Shown: piece by piece, positions 1-12,160 of the stretch
Numbering within the stretch: the first letter of the stretch is position 1
How the letters are laid out: each line of letters starts with the position of its first letter
Assembly: GCA_965235115.1 (NCBI GenBank)
Contig: OZ249451.1
Span: 1,736,001 to 1,800,000, forward strand
DNA: 64,000 nucleotides
Reading direction: 5' to 3'
Source: Laetmonice hystrix
Lineage: Eukaryota
The notes under the pieces: generated by a model
Database searches by the model: none
What the model saw: only the letters and a program-made list of their open reading frames with translations
Told to the model about the DNA's origin: nothing
Made by a program: the position numbers and the translations under genes

Positions 1-1543
1 CGTCACGCGCGAGTAGGAGAATCAGGACGCTCTCTCTCTTTGAGTGACGTTGAACTATTACAGCCACAACTAGAGCATGAATGTCGCACACAGTCATCAT
101 GGACCATTCTTAGCCACCTGTTCTTTAATACGGTAATATAAATAAACTCCATAATAGATGACTGGCACGGAAGGCAGTAACCGGTGCCCACTTGGCTGGT
201 TATTTCATATTAGGACGAGGCGCGACATCACATGATATCAAAATATCAAAAATAATACACGCCTGTGTCATAACGAGCCCCAGATACAGGAAAACAGACA
301 CCATGTGTTTAGAACGTGTTGTGCCACAGGCAGTCTTCATTCATGGTCCTATCCTTCATAATTCAACACCGACACCATTTTAGGACAACGTTTCCTATAG
401 GCCTACCTACACCACCTGCTTGTAGATTCTTCACGCAAATATCCCTAAGTTTCAATGCATTAGGTAGGCCTACATTAATTGGTTTTCACATAGACCTAGC
501 CCTATAGGCCTATAGGCCTACTTAGTTGTAGACCTATATGTAAGAAATCTCTGGTCTCTAGTCACGAAAGGCAGTGAAAAGTTCACACTGATAGAGCCCC
601 CCCCCCTCCCCCCCTTCACCAGCCGTAATTTAGAGTCTATATAGGCCTATTCTTTTGCATAAGAAGAAGGGTTTCTGATGAAAGTGAAGAAAATCGGGCT
701 AACCCCTCCATTAGCCTATACTATGTGAAGCCACCACCACCTTCTTCAAGGTGTTTCATTTTCAGGCCTTTAAACCGGTTTCACTTCTTCTTCTTTTTAA
801 AATTTAGAATGGCACATTCCACCCGGTGCCTGAGGATCAAGACCCCCCACGAAACCATTTATCCGTTTGTTAAAAGGGGAAAGACGGACTTGGTTAAAAG
901 GGGAAAGACGGACTTGGTGCGATTAGTTTGGACTGGATTGTGGATGTCCGACACATGGTATCTCCTACATGTCTCTCCTACACTAATTCACGTATCTTGA
1001 CACGTGTTAATTAATTCACAACCTTGTCCTCACTCTGCCGGGGGATGCGGCGGGGTGGGGTGGTTACAGTCACCCTCCAGAGAGCAGGACGCGAGGATCC
1101 AACCCCGGTCTTGGCAAGGCAATGAGGGCGGAGGGCAAGCATTCCTGCAAGGTCAAGGGTCAGGCGCGGTAACCGTCAATAACACACACCAGTGACTCGA
1201 TCCCAATAAAGGGTTGTTTTGTAAAACTTTTTATCTTTCTTCATCACGATTTCAGCCAGATAAAATATGCACAGTAACAAAAACTAACCCAAGGTTAAAC
1301 AGGTTATCATGCCGTGCAGGGAAAAAATGGAGGAGCTTGAAGAAAAGATGTTCCACCCAAAGTGCCAAATTTGGCAACAAGACTTTGGATGCATGTTCCT
1401 CTGAAGTGGGCCCATATGCTGTTCTGTGGAACATTAAAACAACTCCAGACGAAAAACAAGAATATTTCCCCTTCTGAATGAAAGCATCGTTTTGTTTGAT
1501 TTGTGTATCTGTAGTGCTTCGCCGTGAGGATGGCGCAAAACCA

Positions 1544-1608
1544 CTCACTCACTCGCTCACCCACTCACTCCCCCCCCACTCACCCACTCACTCACTCCCC
1601 CACTCACT
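1544..1608. repeat. (CACT)n-like imperfect microsatellite
   Basis: cactcactcactcgctcacccactcactc... Confidence 0.75.
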
Positions 1609-1876
1609 CTGTCGTGCTGTAACGTGTACGGTTGATAAACAAGTCAGTCCATCCCTAGATACAGAACCCAGATCTGATCTATAACCGTCATTCTTTTTTA
1701 ACCGAAACGTCGACATATCATCACGTACCCCTTGTCCTCAATGACGTTAATTATACCAGGGTGGGTATAGGCTCGGGTCAATGTCGACAAACATGGCGCT
1801 CAGGTTAATTATGCCCTCTCTGGGTATCAATCAGGGTCAGCATTCAACCTGGGAGATTTGTGTGACCAAAACCGTG

Positions 1877-2338
1877 ACTGACAGTCAAATGGGACATGTC
1901 ACCCTGCTCAGAAACTGGCAGACATATGGGACGTGTCACCCTGCTCAGAAACTGACAGCCATATGGGACGTGTCACCCTGCTCATAAACTGACAGCCATA
2001 TGGGACATGTCACCCTGCTCAGAAACTGACAGCCATATGGGACATGTCACCCTGCTCATAAACTGACAGCCATATGGGACATGTCACCCTGCTCAGAAAC
2101 TGACAGCCATATGGGACATGTCACCCTGCTCATAAACTGACAGCCATATGGGACATGTCACCCTGCTCAGAAACTGACAGCCATATGGGACATGTCACCC
2201 TGCTCAGAAACTGACAGCCATATGGGACGTGTCACCCTGCTCATAAACTGACAGCCATATGGGACGTGTCACCCTGCTCATAAACTGACAGCCATATGGG
2301 ACGTGTCACCCTGCTCATAAACTGACAGCCATATGGGC
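1877..2338. repeat. 37-bp minisatellite, about 12 copies
   Basis: Unit cagaaactgacagccatatgggacgtgtcaccctgct; period 37 (1889, 1926, ...). Confidence 0.95.
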
Positions 2339-2814
2339 TCAGATAATTGGTCCGTCTGAATTAGAAGTAGGATATATAAAAAATACGCGTCCCTCTACAA
2401 GGGGGTCAATATTCTCAGAATTAAAAACACACTTGTCAAGAAACCATTGTCATTAGCGTGGGAATTGCACGCACATTTATATAAATATTCTAGAGCCGTT
2501 ATAAAAACTTTCTGCGGCGCCTTTCAACTGAGCATCTATCGTGTGAATCTTTCCCACGTAAATTTCACATGACGAGTGGTAAAGCAGGGATCGTTTATTG
2601 TAACATCTGACACTAATGATTCTTAAAGAAAGGAAGAGAGATTCGTGATCACACTGGTAAAGGGGCACAGAGGGGTTTTTTAAAAATCCCGTCACAAGAC
2701 GACACTATAGGCAGGGTTGAGGTCATTTATGTTTCAACTCCAGCCTAAAATACCAGCTGGAGCGGATCAGGAGGGGGTAATATTAATTACCCCACCCCTG
2801 CCCCATAGACACCT

Positions 2815-4041
2815 ATACTAGGACCGCCGCCAGCCATAACCATCTACGACATATACTAGGACCACCATAACCACCGACTACATAATACTAGGACCACCAT
2901 AACCACCTACTACATAATACTAGGACCACCATAACCACCTACATATATACTAGGACTACCATAACCACCTACTACATAATACTAGGACCACCATAACCAC
3001 CTACATATATACTAGGACTACCATAACCACCTACTACATAACACTAGGACCACCATGACCACCTACTACATAATACTAGGACCACCATAACCACCTACTA
3101 CATAATACTAGGACCACCATAACCACCTACATATACTAGGACCACCATAACCACCTACTACATAATACTAGGACCACCGTAACCATCTACATATTCTAGG
3201 ACCACCATGACCACCTACATATACTTGGACCACCATGACCACCTACATATACTAGGACCACCATGACCACCTACATATACTAGGACCACCATAACCACCT
3301 ACATATACTAGGACCACCATGACCACCTACATATACTTGGACCACCATGACCACCTACATATACTAGGACCACCATGACCACCTACATATACTAGGACCA
3401 CCATGACCACCTACTACATAATACTAGGACCACCATAACCACCTACATATACTAGGACCACCATAATCACCTACTACATAATACTAGGACCACCATAATC
3501 ACCTACTACATAATACTAGGACCACCATAATCACCTACATATACTAGGACCACCATAACCACCTACATATACTAGGACCACCATGATCACCTACATATAC
3601 TAGGACCACCATAACCACCTACGACATAATACTAGGACCACCATAACCACCTACATATACTAGGACCACCATGACCACCTACTACATAATACTAAGACCA
3701 CCATGACCACCTACATATACTAGGACCACCATAACCACCTACATATACTAGGACCACCATGATCACCTACATATACTAGGACCACCATAACCACCTACTA
3801 CATAATACTAGGACCACCATAACCACCTACAAATACTAGGACCACCATGACCACCTACATGTACTAGGACCACCATGACCACCTACATATACTAGGACCA
3901 CCATAATCACCTACATATACTAGGACCACCATAACCACCTACATATACTAGGACCACCATAACCACCTACTACATAATACTAGGACCACCATAGCCACCT
4001 ACATATACTAGGACCACCATGACCACCGCCAGCCATAACCA
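2815..4041. repeat. 28/32-bp minisatellite, about 40 copies
   Basis: Unit tactaggaccaccataaccacctacata with a 32-bp ctactacataat variant. Confidence 0.95.
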
Positions 4042-4726
4042 CAGGTCTAGTACTACATGTCCTGGTTCCGGAAGGCGGGGCACGTCTAGCCACGAGCATT
4101 TCGTAGAAACCGCAAATCCTTCCATTCATTTGTACTTTTTTTTATTGACCACAATATTTGCTTAAAATAGGTAAGACAGGGAGACCATGTCCACATGCGG
4201 CCCCAACCTCCCTCTTCTCGTCCTACCGGCTCCTACTACCCCCCCCCCCACCCAACCCCGGTACAACTTCATCTCTACCTTTAGAAATTTACCCCTCCCT
4301 GGGGGTACAACTGCCACCCCACCTTTAGAAAGTTACCCTACTTTTCATTTTCTGTACAAGTATCATCTCAAGCGTCTATAGAACGACTGGGGTCATAGAA
4401 ACGGGTCGTCTGCTTCCGAGGTCAAGGTCCTCTGGACTCACATCCTCCGCGTTCCGTCGTACCTCGCCGATCAGGGTCGGCAGGGGAAGAAATCAAGTTT
4501 GAAATGGAAAAAAATCGAACCAACTCGTCAGGTAACTGTATGCCCCTACCGTAGGTGTAAGTTTGGGTGTTAAGTCGTGTCTTAAAACCTAAGTCTTAAA
4601 ACAGTGAAATAACAGGTTATTGATGGAGACTCAAAATGAAATGATCGACTGTGAAATATGTCGTGATAATATTCATAATTACACACGAGATGAGGACAAA
4701 TAGGCCCGGGTGCAACTCAAGTACAT

Positions 4727-4909
4727 NNNNNNNNNNNNNNNNNNNNNNNNNNNNNNNNNNNNNNNNNNNNNNNNNNNNNNNNNNNNNNNNNNNNNNNNNN
4801 NNNNNNNNNNNNNNNNNNNNNNNNNNNNNNNNNNNNNNNNNNNNNNNNNNNNNNNNNNNNNNNNNNNNNNNNNNNNNNNNNNNNNNNNNNNNNNNNNNNN
4901 NNNNNNNNN
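4727..4909. other. Assembly gap (183 N)
   Basis: Run of n characters. Confidence 0.99.
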
Positions 4910-5195
4910 CGTTTGGCGTGAGTTATATGGAGTGGAGCCACCTTTCTCATATAAAGTCATTGTTTGAAATTTGGATCAACGTAAGAAAATTCCTTGTTCA
5001 CACACTCCAGCTCTGTGATTGTCGTAGTCTATTCAAACCAAGTATGCTCAGTAAATATCACACTCACCAGGAGACTGAATCTTATAAGAAGTTTTCGTTT
5101 GAAAAAAGGGCGTCTGTGTTATAAACCGCCTGGGGAGGAAGCACAGGAAACTTACGTCTAGTTTTACGGGTTGCTTGGAGCTGTGACTTTAAATC

Positions 5196-5990
5196 TTGTC
5201 TAACAGAAGTCTGCAACTTGGCATTTTTGTCTAACATAGGAGACATCAAAGAGACCCTTTTGTCTAAAACAGCAGGCACCAGCCAGGTCTAATTGTCTAA
5301 CATAGGAGTTATCAACCACACACCCTTGTCTAACATAGGAGTTATCAACCACACACCCTTGTCTAACATAGGAGTTATCAACCACACCCCTTGTCTAACA
5401 TAGGAGGTATCAACCACACCCCTTGTCTAACATAGGAGTTATCAACCACACACCCTTGTCTAACATAGGAGTTATCAACCACACACCCTTGTCTAACATA
5501 GGAGTTATCAACCACACCCCTTGTCTAACATAGGAGTTATCAACCACACACCCTTGTCTAACATAGGAGTTATCAACCATACCCCCTTGTCTAACATAGG
5601 AGTTATCAACCACACACCCTTGTCTAACATAGGAGTTATCAACCACACCCCTTGTCTAACATAGGAGTTATCAACCACACACCCTTGTCTAACATAGGAG
5701 TTATCAACCACACACCCTTGTCTAACATAGGAGTTATCAACCACACACCCTTGTCTAACATAGGAACCATCAACCATACCCCCTTGTCTAACATAGGAAC
5801 CATCAACCGGGCCCCCTTGTCTAACATAGGAACCATCAACCATACCCCCTTGTCTAACATAGGAACCATCAACCGGGCCCCCTTGTCTAACATAGGAACC
5901 ATCAACCGGGCCCCCTTGTCTAACATAGGAACCATCAACCGGGCCCCCTTGTCTAACATAGGAAGCATCAACCGGGCCCCCTTGTCTAAC
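5196..5990. repeat. 33-bp minisatellite, about 21 copies plus 3 diverged upstream copies
   Basis: Unit ttgtctaacataggagttatcaaccacacaccc; the variant type changes along the array. Confidence 0.95.
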
Positions 5991-6954
5991 GTACCTGTAC
6001 CAGTCTAACTAGACTGCTTGCCTACTATGGGGATTGAAATTAGAATAATACTATTAAGAAAGAAATGTACTGTATACTCCTTAGGGAATAAAACAAATAT
6101 TCACCATATTTGTACATGGTCTGAGGCTTCGCGCATTTCATTCCAAATGGATTTTAATTCTCGTCAGAATCGAATTTTATGCTACTCAACCTGACGACAA
6201 TACAGATTCATTTTTTCGTGTTCACTCTGGTGTCCTAATGTTTTCCTAAAGAAAAAGCTTTGTTACGCGTTCCGGATATGTAAGCAGTTATGTAACAAAG
6301 GCCGATATTCCCGGCTAATCTCATGTGTGCTTTATGAAAGGATGGCCGAATAAAAATCTCCCCGCCTGACGTGCAAGATGAGGAGGACTTGTCGAAAGAG
6401 AGCGATGGAGGAGTTATGTTTTATAGTTGTTTTCAAACCTAGATCTTTAACCACGAGACAATTCATATCCATCTCAAGTTTCATGGCTCCCCGCTGTGCA
6501 GAAAGCATCGGGAATGGGCAGAAAAAGACAAGGAACTTCGGTAAAGGAAGCCGTAAAAATCACACTGTCAGAGAAAGAAGGTGTTTGCTGAGATAAGAAC
6601 TTCAGTGGCGGCCGCTCGGTCCACAAACACTTGCGCTCTCTACGTCTCTGGTTGGAATACAGAGTTTGGAAACCATATTTTTTTTCGTATGTTTTTTTTT
6701 TATGTTCCTAGGGCGGTATTGTGACATGTAAACAGAAAACTGATGGCGTCTGTACCGAGAAGGTTCCCAGCCCGCTCTGAAGGTTGAATAAAGGGCGTAC
6801 GTAGATGATGACCGTGTGTCAAGGACATACTGCCAAACTGAATAAACCTTGAAGAATGAAACACTAAAACAACTGACGCAAGCCAGGTCATTCCATCTAT
6901 TACAGTTAGTGTCAGGTCAGTGGAACGCAGCGGACAACGGTCAGATATACAATC

Positions 6955-7092
6955 GGAACGCTACGACATGGCGACCAGGGTTAGCTAATGAAAGGTTATA
7001 GGAACGCTACGACATGGCGACCAGGGTTAGCTAATGAAAGGTTATAGGAACGCTACGACATGGCGACCAGGGTTAGCTAATGAAAGGTTATA
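6955..7092. repeat. 46-bp tandem repeat, 3 copies
   Basis: ggaacgctacgacatggcgaccagggttagctaatgaaaggttata at 6955, 7001, 7047. Confidence 0.95.
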
Positions 7093-7158
7093 TGTATAAC
7101 CATGAAGAAGATAATAGATCTATAGCATGTTGATATAGCAACTACCTAGCTGTACTCA

Positions 7159-8664
7159 CAGGTGACCGTACCACCCTAGAGACAGGCGACCGTACCCATC
7201 AGACAGGCGACCGTACCCATCAGACAGGCGACCACACCCATCACCATAGAGACAGACGACCACACCCATCACCATAGAGACAGGCGACCGTACCCATCAG
7301 ACCTGCGACCACACCTATCACCCTAGAGACAGGCGACCGTACCTATCACCCTAGAGACAGGCGGTCGTACCTATCACCCTAGAGACAGGCGACCGTACCC
7401 ATCAGACAGGCGACCACACCCATCACCCTAGGGACAGGCGACCACATCCATCACCCTAGAGACAGGCGACCGTACCCATCAGACAGGCGACCACACCCAT
7501 CACCCTAGAGACAGGCGACCGTACCCATCACCCTAGAGACAGGCGACCGTACCTATCACCCTAGAGACAGGCGACCGTACCACCCTAGAGACAGGCGACC
7601 GTACCCATCACCCTAGAGACAGGCGACCGTACCCATCACCCTAGAGACAGGCGACCGTACCCATCACCCTAGAGACAGGCGACCACACCCATCACCCTAG
7701 AGACAGGCGACCACACCCATCACCCTAGAGACAGGCGACCGTACCCATCACCCTAGAGACAGGCGACCGTACCCATCACCCTAGAGACAGGCGACCGTAC
7801 CACCCTAGAGACAGGCGACCGTACCCATCACCCTAGAGACAGGCGACCGTACCCATCACCCTAGAGACAGGCGACCACACCCATCACCCTAGAGACAGGC
7901 GACCGTACCACCCTAGAGACAGGCGACCGTACCCATCACCCTAGAGACAGGCGACCGTACCCATCACCCTAGAGACAGGCGACCACACCCATCACCCTAG
8001 AGACAGGCGACCGTACCCATCACCCTAGAGACAGGCGACCGTACCCATCACCCTAGAGACAGGCGACCACACCCATCACCCTAGAGACAGGCGACCGTAC
8101 CACCCTAGAGACAGGCGACCGTACCCATCACCCTAGAGACAGGCGACCGTACCCATCACCCTAGAGACAGGCGACCACACCCATCACCCTAGAGACAGGC
8201 GACCGTACCACCCTAGAGACAGGCGACCGTACCCATCACCCTAGAGACAGGCGACCGTACCCATCACCCTAGAGACAGGCGACCGTACCCATCACCCTAG
8301 AGACAGGCGACCGTACCCATCACCCTAGGGACAGGCGACCGTACCCATCACCCTAGAGACAGGCGACCGTACCCATCACCCTAGGGACAGGCGACCGTAC
8401 CCATCAGACAGGCGGCCACATCCATCACCCTAGAGACAGGCGACCACACCCATCACCCTAGAGACAGGCGACCGTACCCATCAGACAGGCGACCGTACCC
8501 ATCACCCTAGAGACAGGCGACCGCACCACCATAGAGACAGGCGACCGTACCCATCAGACAGGCGACCGTACCCATCACCCTAGAGACAGGCGACCGCACC
8601 ACCATAGAGACAGGCGACCGTACCCATCACCCTAGAGACAGGCGACCGTACCCATCACCCTAGA
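7159..8664. repeat. 28-bp minisatellite (21- and 24-bp variants), about 55 copies
   Basis: Unit agagacaggcgaccgtacccatcaccct. Confidence 0.95.
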
Positions 8665-8908
8665 AACCCAGATTCTGACCATGGTCTGATGAGTAACCCC
8701 GACCTTCACCTTGGCTCTGACCAGGTCAAGCTGGTCCATAGGGTGGTGGCGGTTGAGGGGGTTGGAGGTAGCGGGTGGTGGTGGTGGTGGTGGGGTGGGG
8801 ATTGAGTGGGTGTAGTATGGACACGGATGGACGATCTGGATGACCAATTACTTCATATATCCTCGCCATGGCTGGCTTGTTGACCTCAATATTGAGTATC
8901 GACATCAC

Positions 8909-9070
8909 CAAGGGTTCTATGGTAACACACAAGGGTTCTATGGTAACGCACAAGGGTTGTATGGTAACACACAGGGGTTCTATGGTTACGCACAAGGGTT
9001 CTATGGTAACGCACAAGGGTTCTATGGTTACGCACAAATATTCTGTGGTAACGCAGGAGGGTTTTATTAT
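8909..9070. repeat. 21-bp tandem repeat, about 7 copies
   Basis: Unit caagggttctatggtaacgca. Confidence 0.9.
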
Positions 9071-11324
9071 AATAATTAAATAATCTTAGCATATCTCAGC
9101 TGAAATTTAATAAAAATGTATTTGGGTCTGTGTCTGGGCTAGGCTGAGTTTCAACATAACTATAGTTAGACAGCCGTCAGACTTTCAGGGACTTGTGCAG
9201 GGTGCAGAAGTTCTTGCTGGTATCAGGGAACAGATTGGGGAACGCGGGCATAAGCTTAACATACCTTGATTATTGTACCTTTCTGCAAATGTTCAACTTG
9301 TCCAAGACGTAAGGAATCTGGCACTACCCCAGCCTGTGGCGCCCCCTATGTAGGTCGCCACGCGATTGATAGGCCCATCGGCAGGTTCTCCGTCGGGTTT
9401 GTTAAAACAGGTTCTCCGCCAGAGACTTTCCCGTTTTACCCCCCTGCATGTCCATGGATACAGAAGGGGTTGTGGGGGTGGGGGTAAATGTATCAATGGG
9501 TAAACATCTAGGGGGCAACATCTTGTATCTGTGTGTGAAACCTGTTTTCCTCCAAGCCCCCCCCCCTCCCTGATCCGCGCCTAAATATAAAGTGTAATAT
9601 ATAGTAAAGCGTGCTCCTATGTTAGAATCTCCCTGATCCTGTCCGTCTGGCTAATCATTTATGATACTAGGGTGTCGCCAATTACCTTCAAACCTATCAA
9701 TCCTTGTGACATTTCCTTTTCAACCTTCTTACTGAATGTCGGTTTTTTTAATACTTCCCTGTCATTTCCCACTTCCGAATTAACATAAATCTATGTGACC
9801 TGAACTCGCAATATGGGTAGTTATATCCAGGTCTAATGGCTTGGACCTGTGTTGAAGATACAAACATATTTTTAAACAGGTTTGCTACAGGCGCATCAGG
9901 CGACCTTGCTTCTGTTCGACGTCTTGCCAATTTAGCAGCGTTTGTAATTACAGGGCTGTTTATATGGACGGAAATATTATCTTAAAGTGAATGATGCCTC
10001 ACGTCAAATAAACAAGGTTGATGGATGTCCAAACCATGCAAGGCTGCTTCATTGAATGACAGCCGTGGCCAGAGTTTTTTTCTATGTTTTCTTTACTTTA
10101 ACTTTTTTTGGAGAAAGACGGGGAACTTGAGCATTGACGCCCCACGGTTGGTTTGGTATGGTGTTTGGGTTTCAGGTGATTGACAGGTCTGTCGTCCCAG
10201 CTGTTATTATGCTGATCAGGTTCGGCTAGCATAATTTCCAACAAATATGAACAAGTTCTAACACCATTCCAAAGTACCTGAGTCGGATCCCTGTAGTCGC
10301 CTTACGTACGTAATCAAACACCGCCATCTACCGGGCACGGACACGACTACACCACCGTCTCTGGTACAATGGCGACCATTTTGTCCTTTCTCTAAGGAAG
10401 GCACATATCTAAGCATAATCCGTGTTTATTTGTTTAATCGCTGTTTACTTATTCCAAGGTCGTTCACTCCGAGAGAGCATTAACAGTCAGAGAATAATAG
10501 AACTATGTTCCAAAGTATATAGTGCAGAAAAAGCTTTAAAAAATACGCCAAATATCTACTGGCCATGGACACTCGGAACCGGAAATGGTTTATTCTTGAT
10601 TGTAGAGAGAAAACAAAATGGAGCACGTGACACGTTTCCTGACCTTTCACCTCCCAATCTCTATGCTCTAATATAGAGCTGGCGTCGAGGGGCAATTCCA
10701 TAATTTATAAAGTACTTTAATTGTGATTACTCTTGATAAAGTCCCTTAATTGTGATTACTCTTGAAAACAAACGAAACGGAAGTCCACTCGTACGGCGTC
10801 TCAGAACGTAACGGTCACGTGACCGATGGTTTAGAAGAGAAACCAGTTTTATTGGTGTCAGGGAATAGAAGAATTGAAAATTCAAATAGAGTACAGTCAG
10901 AAAAAAACGAGGAAAATGGAAGAGGAAGGTTTAGGATGGAGACTGGCAGAGAAATGGGTGGGGGCAGGAAACCGGCTGGAATGAGACTGGGGCCGATAGG
11001 TGGCGCTACCGTAAGTGGGGCGTCACGTTATTAGAAAAAGAAAATTCCATGGTCTCCGAGCATGTCGACCTTTGATCGACTTTCCCGTGTAATTTATTCT
11101 GCTGCATCTGACATTAGAATCTCACATATTATCGGGTTGAAACATTTTTAAAATACTTTCTTCAACCATTCCTTTATCATGTTGGCTGGTAGACAAATGG
11201 AAATTAACATGTGATACGTCAATTTGTCTTTGGTGGTCTAACATGTTCTCTATTGCTAGAAATAGTTATATGTATTAGCTATGTAATAATGATTACATGA
11301 TTAATGATTATAGATTAACCAGAC

Positions 11325-11328
<4 letters not shown>

Positions 11329-11369
<41 letters not shown>
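11329..11369. repeat. (AG)n microsatellite
   Basis: Pure AG run. Confidence 0.95.
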
Positions 11370-11374
<5 letters not shown>

Positions 11375-12080
11375 GGTCGGGCCAGAGTGATCCCAGACAC
11401 CTCCCCAAAACCGGCTCGACCGCCATTCTGACGGTGGGGGGAGATGGCTAGCCTACACCTGTGTACCCCTCAGATACAAAGACCTCCTGGTCCCCCTCTG
11501 TCTGCCACAGGAGGTCATCAGTGTCCATGAGGCTGTATCTTTCTTCCTTTTCTTTTTGATAGGTTTATAAAGTACAACAGACCGGTAATTGAGGGCCAAT
11601 TACAATTCCCGCCCACAGGTGGCGCTTTGCTGGATTTTGACCCGTGACATTGATCGAAGTGGTTGCTACAATTACGATAAATGTCAGAAAAATGAAATCT
11701 ATTTAATTTCCCTGAGGGTTATTCATGGTGTACACCCTGTTTTAGATCCATCGTAGGAAGTATGTTCCATACATATTCTTGCGCTGGTCACCAGTGGTTT
11801 AAACCCTGATTTCCCCTCATCAGTCATCAGACTGATTTAAGTTCAGGTGGTGTCCTTTATACCGATATTTATGACTATCATTACACCTGGACGATGGTCT
11901 TGACGACAGGAAGTATTTTTGTTAAATGCCATGACCTGGCTACCAAGTGAAAGGATATTTGAGGTCAACGAGTTCAAACAGCATCATACCTGACTGGACT
12001 GGGTCATATTAACCCGCTTGATACCACAATCTTTTTCTATCAGCATCAGAACAGAAGTCCTTTATTGTACTGTGTCACAA

Positions 12081-12160
12081 TGATCCCACAGTAACAATGA
12101 TCCCACACTAACAATGATCCCACAGTAACAATGATCCCACAATGATCCCACAGTTACAAT
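12081..12160. repeat. 17-bp tandem repeat, about 4-5 copies
   Basis: Unit acaatgatcccacagta. Confidence 0.85.

Noticed and set aside
4651-5124. ORFs spanning the N run
   Set aside because: Artefacts of translating unknown bases.
5082-6008. Repetitive ORFs such as MVDNSYVRQG and LITPMLDKG
   Set aside because: 33-bp minisatellite read-through broken by 32-bp variants.
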